A stretch of DNA of 32,000 bases from Candidatus Saganbacteria bacterium (lineage in GTDB: Bacteria > Margulisbacteria > WOR-1 > JAKLHX01): positions 1-32,000 of the forward strand of contig JAPLKZ010000011.1 of assembly GCA_026387835.1 (NCBI GenBank), written 5' to 3'. Below the pieces are notes generated by a model. That model saw only the letters and a program-made list of their open reading frames with translations, searched no databases and was not told the DNA's origin. How positions within the stretch are numbered: the stretch's first letter is position 1; each line of letters starts with the position of its first letter. Below, in pieces: positions 8,595 to 16,138 of this stretch. Both the position numbers and the translations under genes were made by a program.

Positions 8595-8984
8595 ACGGGC
8601 AATTATATGTTCAACCAAAAGACAAGTCAAATTTCGAGGACCAAAAAAAATGCCTCATTCCTACACGCGGTGGGCGACAGTCACTGCATGTTGTCGCCAG
8701 GATCTGAGGCATTTTACCCCTTATCGCGAGATAACGTATCATCAATCTTCTTTCAAGAAACTACGAAGTGTCGCCATAAACCCTAGGAAGGCAGGAATGG
8801 GCAAAGCCGCAAACCAGCCGTGATTTATATTAACTTTCGCAATTTCAATGAAAAAAGTCTTGCTGACCGGCTCAGCGGGGTCGCACCGCGTCATAGCCTT
8901 AAATCTTAATTTATCAAACGCCAAAACCGTTGTCAAGTGCTCGTTTACAAACTAATCCGGATATGATAAAGTTAAGAGTGAAAA

Positions 8985-10079
8985 ATGAAACTATTTGCAT
9001 GGCTTTCTCCTGTCAGGTTCAATAAATACGCGTCAACATACGTGTTTTCGCCGAAAGCGAAGATAATCACTATCTGGATCATGATCGCTGCGTTCGTCAT
9101 GTTCCTTCTTTCAGTAGCACATCTTTTGCCGGTGTTCATCTGGGCTGCTGTGGCGGCCTATCTTTTTAATCCTGTCGTCTCTATGGTTTCCGAAAGATCG
9201 AGGCTTCCTAAATCTTTATGCATCATCATCCTGTATCTGGTCGTCGGCTGCATTATTTATTGGGGAGTGAGATCATTGATGCCGGTAGTGGCATATGAAT
9301 TCCGAGAGCTTTCCGTCGGCCAGTCTGTCCAGAGCGGATCGCTCCTCGGCAGGATAGCGGCAAAAGGCGACATAAATATTCTCGGCGGAAACATCGATCT
9401 TAAGGAAGCGGCCGACTCTGTCGCTCCCTGGCTGATGGCGCAATTCCCGTCAAAGGCGTTCCCGTTGTTTTTTGGCGCGGTTGAAAGGCTGGTCCTTCTT
9501 CTTGTCTTTTTTGTCGTCGCATTCTATTTTCTCATGGAATCGGGCAAGTACCTTGAAGCGCTAGAAAAAGTGATCCCGGAACCGTACAGGGAAGAAATAG
9601 CATCCTTAATAGAACGAGTGAATATGACCCTCGGATCTTACATCAGGGCACAGGTATTATTGATATTTATAATGTCAACGGCAAGCTTCATAGTACTTTC
9701 GATTCTTAAGATTAAATTTGCGGCGATATTAAGCATCATGACAGGGGTGTTCGAGGTTATCCCTGTGATCGGTCCGGTCTGCGCGACGGCGATAGTCGCC
9801 ATGGTCGCTCTTTTCCAGACGGCAGTGCCTTACGGATTGACAAAAGAGGCGCTGGTCCTTTTGGTGATAATATTGTATTTTGTTTTAAGGCAGCTTGAAG
9901 ATTATCTGATCATCCCTAACGTGGCAGCGCATTTTGTAAGGGTGAATCCGGTAATAGGGATATTTGCGCTGCTTGTCGGAGGCGCATACGCCGGAATTCT
10001 CGGGCTGTTCCTGGCTGTCCCCACGGCGGCCATTCTAAAGGTTATAATAGGATATATATACCAAAAATTGACCGAGTAA
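8985..10079 (+). CDS. AI-2E / PerM-type (COG0628) membrane permease family protein
   Basis: Multiple TM helices, IYFVLRQLEDYLIIPNVAAHFVRVNPVIGIFALLVGGAYAGILGLFLAVPTAAILKVI, the family C-terminal signature. Confidence 0.85.
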   Translation: MKLFAWLSPVRFNKYASTYVFSPKAKIITIWIMIAAFVMFLLSVAHLLPVFIWAAVAAYLFNPVVSMVSERSRLPKSLCIIILYLVVGCIIYWGVRSLMPVVAYEFRELSVGQSVQSGSLLGRIAAKGDINILGGNIDLKEAADSVAPWLMAQFPSKAFPLFFGAVERLVLLLVFFVVAFYFLMESGKYLEALEKVIPEPYREEIASLIERVNMTLGSYIRAQVLLIFIMSTASFIVLSILKIKFAAILSIMTGVFEVIPVIGPVCATAIVAMVALFQTAVPYGLTKEALVLLVIILYFVLRQLEDYLIIPNVAAHFVRVNPVIGIFALLVGGAYAGILGLFLAVPTAAILKVIIGYIYQKLTE

Positions 10080-10097
10080 TATTCTAGGAGGAAAATA

Positions 10098-11495
10098 ATG
10101 AGACAGTTAAAGATAATGGGGATATTTTTGGTCTGTTTGGGGCTGTTCATTGCCGGATGCGGAGGAAAAACCCAGCTGCCAAAAACCGGTGTGGAAAAAT
10201 CGGCGGCAACCGCCGTCCAGGAGAACAAGACTTCATCAGGGAAGGTCGTCCTTCAGATGTGGGTCATGCCTAACAGTCTTGAGCCGGTCAGGGACATCGA
10301 GGCTATACTCGCGCCATTCGAAGAGGCAAATCCGGATATAGATATCAGGGTGACATCTGTTGACTGGGGATCAGCATGGACAAAAATAACTACAGCCGCT
10401 ACATCTGGCGACACGCCGGATATCGTCCAGCTGGGATCGACATGGGTCGGTTCGATATCCGCGATGGGGGCTCTTTTGGACCTGCAGGATAAAGTGTCCG
10501 AGATCGGCGGAAGTACAAGTTTCATCCCGGCCGCGTGGAAGTCTACAGGCCTTGAAGGGACAAAATCTGTAACAGCCGTCCCGTGGTTTGTTGATGCGAG
10601 AGCTCTTTTCTTCAGGACGGACGTCTTAAGGCAATTGAAACTTTCCAAGGACGATCTGAAGACATGGGCATCGTTTGAGAACTCCCTTACAAAGATCAAG
10701 AATGCCGAGCCGGAAATAGAAGGGGTAAGAGTATATCCTCTGGGGATCCCCGGGAAGAACGACTGGAACGTTATTCATAATATCGCCCCGTGGATCTGGG
10801 CAGCCGGCGGCGACTTTCTCTCCAAAGACAGAAAAAGCGCCGCGATCAATTCGTCCGCTGCGGTGGACGGAGTGCTTTATTACGTTAGCCTGGTGAAAAA
10901 AGGCCTGATACCCATAGACGCGCTCGAGCTTAACACCGCGCAGGTCAGCAGTAATTTCAACAACGGGTCATACGGGATGTACTTTGACGGGCCGTACGAG
11001 GTAAAGACGCTCACGCTGCCTCCGGAACAGGGAGGCTCTTACGGATCGATCGCTTCAAGAAATTTCGGGGTCTCTTCCTATCCTGCCGGGCCAAACGGTA
11101 AGTTCACTTTCGTCGGTGGAAGCGATCTTTCTATATTCAAGAACTCCAAGCACAAGGAAGAAGCATGGAAAGTCATAAAACACCTTGTTACAACTAAGAT
11201 GCAGGTGAACTACGCAAAAGCAACCGGTTTTTTACCGGCTACAAAAGCCGCATTTTCCGACCCGTATTTTGCTTCGGACCCTTTCAGAGCAGTGTTCAAA
11301 GAGGCCGTACAATATGGCAGGACATATCCCTGCGTCGCTGCATGGGGACTGATCGAGCCAATACTGACAAGAAGGCTGGGTATCATGTGGGACCATATCC
11401 TTGCAGCCGAGGATGAAGATATCAAAGCGATCGTAAAAGACGACCTTGATGCCGCGGCAAAAGAAATTAATTCCGTTTTGAGCGTGAGAAGATAG
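10098..11495 (+). CDS. ABC transporter family 1 (sugar-type) substrate-binding lipoprotein
   Basis: Lipobox MGIFLVCLGLFIAGCGG; VVLQMWVMPNSLEPVRDIEAILAPFEEANPDIDIRVTSVDWGSAWTKI; TPDIVQLGSTWVG; GPYEVKTL. RBS AGGAGG. Confidence 0.88.
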   Translation: MRQLKIMGIFLVCLGLFIAGCGGKTQLPKTGVEKSAATAVQENKTSSGKVVLQMWVMPNSLEPVRDIEAILAPFEEANPDIDIRVTSVDWGSAWTKITTAATSGDTPDIVQLGSTWVGSISAMGALLDLQDKVSEIGGSTSFIPAAWKSTGLEGTKSVTAVPWFVDARALFFRTDVLRQLKLSKDDLKTWASFENSLTKIKNAEPEIEGVRVYPLGIPGKNDWNVIHNIAPWIWAAGGDFLSKDRKSAAINSSAAVDGVLYYVSLVKKGLIPIDALELNTAQVSSNFNNGSYGMYFDGPYEVKTLTLPPEQGGSYGSIASRNFGVSSYPAGPNGKFTFVGGSDLSIFKNSKHKEEAWKVIKHLVTTKMQVNYAKATGFLPATKAAFSDPYFASDPFRAVFKEAVQYGRTYPCVAAWGLIEPILTRRLGIMWDHILAAEDEDIKAIVKDDLDAAAKEINSVLSVRR

Positions 11496-11502
11496 GTATC
11501 AG

Positions 11503-13332
11503 ATGTGCGGAATAATCGGCTATATCGGGAACAAAGAAGCGGTCCCGATCCTTCTGGAGGGGCTGAAAAAACTGGAATATCGCGGCTATGATTCCGCGGG
11601 GATAGTCGCGCTTTCTGACGGGAAGCTTATAGTTGAAAAATCCATAGGAAAGATCTCAGACCTTGAGGCGCTGATCACTCCAAAGAAGATAAGCGCGCAC
11701 ACGGGCCTCGGCCACACAAGATGGGCAACGCACGGGATTCCGTCGAAAGAGAACGCCCATCCGCACTCTGACTGCACCAACTCGATAGCTCTGGTCCATA
11801 ACGGGATCATTGAGAATTATGAAGCTTTGAAATCAGATCTGATCGCAAAGGGGCATGTTTTTAAATCCCAGACCGATACGGAAGTGCTTGTCCATTTGAT
11901 CGAAGACGAAATAAGTAAAGGTCTTGCGGAGGCCGTCAGGCTTGCAGTATCCAAGGTCCAGGGGTCATATGCGATCGGTGTCATATACAAAAAAGAACCG
12001 GACCGGATAGTCGTAGCCAGGAAAGGCAGCCCGCTTATAATAGGCCTCGGCAATGGTGAAAACTTCACTGCATCGGATATCCCCGCGATAATAAAGAACA
12101 CGTCGAGGATCATCACTCTTGAAGAAGGCGATATCGCTGTGGTCGAAAAGGACAATGTAAAAATAATCGACCTGTCGGGTAAAAAGATAAGCAGAAAAGA
12201 GACGCTTGTATCGTGGGACCCTGTTTCCGCGGAAAAAGGCGGATATGCGCATTTCATGCTGAAAGAGATACACGAACAGCCAAAGGCCATAATGGATACA
12301 ATAAGGGCCTGCGTCGACACCGCAAAGAAGCAGATAAAATTTAAAGACCTCAACCTCAATAAAAAAGATATCTCCGGGATAAACAGGGTGATACTGACAG
12401 CATGCGGCACTTCATGGCATGCCGCGCTGGTAGGGGAATATTTCATTGAGCATTACGCCAAGATACCTTCAGAAGTTGAATATGCCGCGGAATTCAGGTA
12501 CCGCAGTCCGATCATAGATAAGAACACTCTTGTCATAGCGATAACACAGTCAGGAGAGACGGCCGATACTCTTGGAGCGGTAGAAGAAGCAAAAAAACTT
12601 GGGGCAAAAGTTGTCTCAATATGCAATGTCGTCTCGTCGTCGATCGCAAGGGCTTCGGACGGCGTTATTTATACGAAAGCGGGACCGGAGATCGGGGTTG
12701 CTTCGACAAAGGCTTTTACGACGCAGATAGTGGTCCTTTATCTTCTGGCCCTTTTTCTGGCATCCGAGAAAAAGAAAATATCAAAAACCGAGATCCTTAA
12801 AAAATTGGAAAGTCTTTTCGAGATCCCAAACAAAGTGGAACAGGTCCTGTCGCAGGAGGAGCGGATAGAAAAGATTGCGGATAAATATTACCAGTGTTCC
12901 AACGCGCTTTACCTTGGCAGGGGGGAAGGTTTTCCGATAGCGCTTGAAGGGGCCTTGAAACTGAAGGAAATATCATACATCCACGCCGAAGGATATCCTG
13001 CCGCCGAGATGAAGCACGGACCAATTGCCCTCATAGACGAGGACATGCCTGTCATAGTTCTGGCCCTCGCGGGAAGAAGGTATGACAAGATCCTCGGAAA
13101 TATCGAGGAAGTAAAAGCTCGCGGAGGAAAAGTCATCGCGCTTGCGACCGAAGGCGACAAGAACATAAAAAAGAAAGCGGACGATGTCATCTACCTGCCT
13201 GTTGCCAGAGAAACAGTCTCGGCGATATTCGCGGTCATACCACTTCAGCTGTTTGCCTATTATGTCGCGGTAAAAAGGGGCTGCCACGTGGACCAGCCGA
13301 GGAACCTGGCAAAAAGCGTTACAGTTGAATAA
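11503..13332 (+). CDS. glmS: Glutamine--fructose-6-phosphate aminotransferase (isomerizing)
   Basis: MCGIIGYIGNKEAVPILLEGLKKLEYRGYDSAG, HTRWATHG, two SIS domains (TACGTSWHAALVGEYFIE; SQSGETADTLGA), C-terminal PRNLAKSVTVE. Confidence 0.97.
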   Translation: MCGIIGYIGNKEAVPILLEGLKKLEYRGYDSAGIVALSDGKLIVEKSIGKISDLEALITPKKISAHTGLGHTRWATHGIPSKENAHPHSDCTNSIALVHNGIIENYEALKSDLIAKGHVFKSQTDTEVLVHLIEDEISKGLAEAVRLAVSKVQGSYAIGVIYKKEPDRIVVARKGSPLIIGLGNGENFTASDIPAIIKNTSRIITLEEGDIAVVEKDNVKIIDLSGKKISRKETLVSWDPVSAEKGGYAHFMLKEIHEQPKAIMDTIRACVDTAKKQIKFKDLNLNKKDISGINRVILTACGTSWHAALVGEYFIEHYAKIPSEVEYAAEFRYRSPIIDKNTLVIAITQSGETADTLGAVEEAKKLGAKVVSICNVVSSSIARASDGVIYTKAGPEIGVASTKAFTTQIVVLYLLALFLASEKKKISKTEILKKLESLFEIPNKVEQVLSQEERIEKIADKYYQCSNALYLGRGEGFPIALEGALKLKEISYIHAEGYPAAEMKHGPIALIDEDMPVIVLALAGRRYDKILGNIEEVKARGGKVIALATEGDKNIKKKADDVIYLPVARETVSAIFAVIPLQLFAYYVAVKRGCHVDQPRNLAKSVTVE

Positions 13333-13334
13333 AA

Positions 13335-13424
13335 CTATTTCTTCTTTTGTCCTTCGATATTCTTGATAGCTTCCGCCGCCTTTTTAGCAATTTCGGCATC
13401 GGGATTTAGAAGCGATCGCCGCCT
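13335..13424 (-). pseudogene. Possible decayed 3' remnant of a HEAT-repeat gene
   Basis: Minus-strand frame reads RRRSLLNPDAEIAKKAAEAIKNIEGQKKK*, a HEAT-helix-like tail with no intact start, just downstream of the HEAT/DUF4116 gene. Confidence 0.3.
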
Positions 13425-13470
13425 TTATGCGTATTTTATTTTCAGGACTTGGAGATTAGAGCGTAAGCCC

Positions 13471-15975
13471 CTATTGTTCCGCCGCTTTTAATACATCAGG
13501 ATCATTTTGCAGCGATTTATCGGCATATTGTAACGTCCATTTAGCATTTTTGACTGCGACTAACACAACTTCTTTATCACTTTTTAAGGAAATATCGACA
13601 TATTTCAGAGCCCATCCGGTTTTTCGGACTGCGGCTAATACAATTTCTTTGTCCTTCTTTAAGGAAATATCGGCATATTGCAATGACTCTCCGTTCTGTT
13701 TAATTGCAGCTAATACAATGTCTTTGTCTTTCTTCAATGAGATATCGGCATATTTCAATGACTCTCCATCTCTGCTAACCGCCGCCAACACAACTTCTTT
13801 GTCCATCCTCAACGGATCATCGGCATATTCCAGAGCCTTTCCGTCTTGATTGACCGCCGCCAACACAATTTCTTTGTCTTTCTTCAAGGGCTCATCGGCA
13901 TATTCCAATAATCCCGACTGTTTGGCAATGATCAACATAAATTCCTTGTTTTTTCTTAAAGAGATATCGGCATATTGTATCGCCCACTTAGCATTATTGA
14001 ACGCGGCTAACACAACTTCTTTGTCCTTCTTCAGGGAGATATCGGCATATTCCAGCGCCCATCCGTCTTGATTGACTGCGGCCAATGCAACGTCCTTATA
14101 GGTTTTCATGGAAGTATCGGCATATTGGAGTGCTCTTCCGTTTTGATTGACCGCGGCTAATGCAACGTCTTTGTCCTTTCTCAAGGAGATGTCGGCATAT
14201 TGTAATGACTCCCCGTCTTTACTAACTGAGACTAACACAATTTCTTTATCTTTCTTTAAGGACTCATCCGCGTATTGCAATAATCCCTCCTGTTTGGTGA
14301 TGATCAACATAAATTCCTTGTTTCTTTTCAAGGAGATATCGGCGTATTGTATCGCCCACTTAGCATTATTGAACGCGGCCAATACAACATCCTTATCTTT
14401 TTTCAATGAATCATCGGCATATTGAAGTGCCCATCCGCTTTGTTTGACTGCAGCCAATACAACTTCTTTGTCCTTTTTCAGTGAGGCATCTAATTGTTGC
14501 AGCACCGAACCGTCCCGGCTGACCGTTTTTACTATCAACTCCTTATTTTTTGTTGCTGAAGTGTCGAAGTCTTTACCGCCCATGGCCATGTAAAGAGTGC
14601 TTGCTTTAGCCTGTATTGCCGGATCTCCGCTAAGCGCTGCGGTCTTTAGAGCAGGCAATGCTCTTGCTCCTATCCTTTTTAAAGTGTCAGCCGCCTCGTT
14701 CCATTCACGATAATCACATATATAATGTAGATTCAAATTGCTAACAAGCAGGGGGATTAAGTCGTCGGTTATTTTTTCGGGCGCAATACTTGAAAAACCG
14801 TCACATGCGCCTTTTCTGGCATTCTGGTCCTCGCTCACCAAAGCCTTCTTCAGGTAATCGGTCCCTTTTTTGCCAGCAAGGACAAGGGTCTTTGCCGCAA
14901 AATTCGGGATCGCTTCAAATCTTGCCCAGCCCTCCCATTCGTACGTGCACATATTGATATTTTGATACATCAGCTCAAGATATTCGTCGGTAATAAGCTC
15001 CGGCTTCTTTTCGACCAAATTATAAAATACCCTGGCAGCCCCTCTTCTTACTTCTATGTCTTTGTCCGCAAGGGCTTCTTTAATGAAAGGTAGAGCTCTT
15101 TCCCCTATCTTTATCAGCGCGCCGGCGGGATGATTCTCTCTTTCGCTGTTTGTTTCCCTGTCAAAATTCCCCAGATTCTTTGACAAAGACCGTAATATTC
15201 CATCATTAACAAATTCTGGCGTAAGCAGTTCTTTTGGAAGGAGCGAGATAGAATGTGCCGCCCACCTGCGGACCGCATCGTTTTTATCCGATAGAGATAT
15301 TGCAATAAACGGGACAGCCCTTTTCCCAATATTAGCAAGTGTTTGTGCTGGCAGGCTGTAAATGTCATAGTCGTATTTAAAATGCAGGTCAAGATTCTTA
15401 GCTATTAATGGCAGAAGATCGTCCCCGATGATGTCTGGCTTTTTGGAAGAAATCGAATATAAGACGTCGACAGCCCCTTTTCTCGTGTTCTCATCGGGAT
15501 CAGACAGCGCCTCTTTAATGTATGGCAATGCTTTTTCTCCAAGTTCAGCCAAGGCTTTAGCTGCATAATTATCAAATGCATTAAAACGACCCCATCCTCC
15601 GAATGAGTAACGGCATATGTTTAAATTCTTCACCAAGAGTTTGATAACCGCATCGCTGACATCTTGTTTCTTGCCGCTGATCAGTTCGTAAATGATTTTG
15701 CACGCTTTTTCCCTTACAAATTTAGAATCATCGTTTAAAAGCGTTATAAAGTCCTCCGGTTTTGTTTTGTTGAACTGATTTTGAGAATATCCCGATTTTT
15801 CCAGAAACGATAAAAATTCCTCGAATTTATCAAAGGAACGGCCTTCGCCGTATTCTTTTATTGCCCTGCTGGCCTCATCAGGAGAATCGATCTCGCCGTT
15901 ATTGTTTCCTTTTTTATCCGCTTCCTGCAAATAGGGCCTGTAGTCATCCGGTGCGCTGCTTATTTTTATCGGCAT
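13471..15975 (-). CDS. HEAT-repeat protein with a C-terminal array of ~25-aa DUF4116-like repeats (834 aa)
   Basis: N-terminal HEAT units (GEKALPYIKEALSDPDENTRKGAVDVLYSI; GERALPFIKEALADKDIEVRRGAARVFYNL); C-terminal tandem LKKDKEVVLAAVKQSGWALQYADDS units; RBS AGGAGG upstream of ATG. Confidence 0.88.
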   Translation of the reverse strand: MPIKISSAPDDYRPYLQEADKKGNNNGEIDSPDEASRAIKEYGEGRSFDKFEEFLSFLEKSGYSQNQFNKTKPEDFITLLNDDSKFVREKACKIIYELISGKKQDVSDAVIKLLVKNLNICRYSFGGWGRFNAFDNYAAKALAELGEKALPYIKEALSDPDENTRKGAVDVLYSISSKKPDIIGDDLLPLIAKNLDLHFKYDYDIYSLPAQTLANIGKRAVPFIAISLSDKNDAVRRWAAHSISLLPKELLTPEFVNDGILRSLSKNLGNFDRETNSERENHPAGALIKIGERALPFIKEALADKDIEVRRGAARVFYNLVEKKPELITDEYLELMYQNINMCTYEWEGWARFEAIPNFAAKTLVLAGKKGTDYLKKALVSEDQNARKGACDGFSSIAPEKITDDLIPLLVSNLNLHYICDYREWNEAADTLKRIGARALPALKTAALSGDPAIQAKASTLYMAMGGKDFDTSATKNKELIVKTVSRDGSVLQQLDASLKKDKEVVLAAVKQSGWALQYADDSLKKDKDVVLAAFNNAKWAIQYADISLKRNKEFMLIITKQEGLLQYADESLKKDKEIVLVSVSKDGESLQYADISLRKDKDVALAAVNQNGRALQYADTSMKTYKDVALAAVNQDGWALEYADISLKKDKEVVLAAFNNAKWAIQYADISLRKNKEFMLIIAKQSGLLEYADEPLKKDKEIVLAAVNQDGKALEYADDPLRMDKEVVLAAVSRDGESLKYADISLKKDKDIVLAAIKQNGESLQYADISLKKDKEIVLAAVRKTGWALKYVDISLKSDKEVVLVAVKNAKWTLQYADKSLQNDPDVLKAAEQ
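13510..14560 (-). repeat. In-frame tandem repeat array, ~14 units of 72/75 nt
   Basis: Units of consensus L(K/R)KDK(E/D)VVLAAVxxxGxxLQYADxS read directly from the ORF; units are 25 aa with occasional 24-aa copies. Confidence 0.92.
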
Positions 15976-16138
15976 AAAAAGGGCCTCCTTTTTTATTCTC
16001 TATCGTCTGAATCTGTATCGAGCGTATTTTCTGAAAATTTCACTTTAAATCCAATTTGAATCATAGGCCCCCGTCTTTCTGCATCAATGATAAAATGTTA
16101 AAATATAATATATAACGTATACTTAGAAAGACAAACAA

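Noticed and set aside
11817-12446. 209-aa minus-strand ORF opposite glmS
   Set aside because: Complement of a confidently identified glmS; serine/phenylalanine-rich composition typical of an antisense frame.
13550-14425. Plus-strand ORFs of repeated MTAANTISLSFFKEISAYC units and a 72-75 nt periodicity resembling a CRISPR or minisatellite
   Set aside because: The periodicity is an in-frame protein repeat on the minus strand inside an intact 834-aa ORF. Units diverge throughout, with no constant-repeat/variable-spacer structure, and the plus-strand ORFs are shadows of it.
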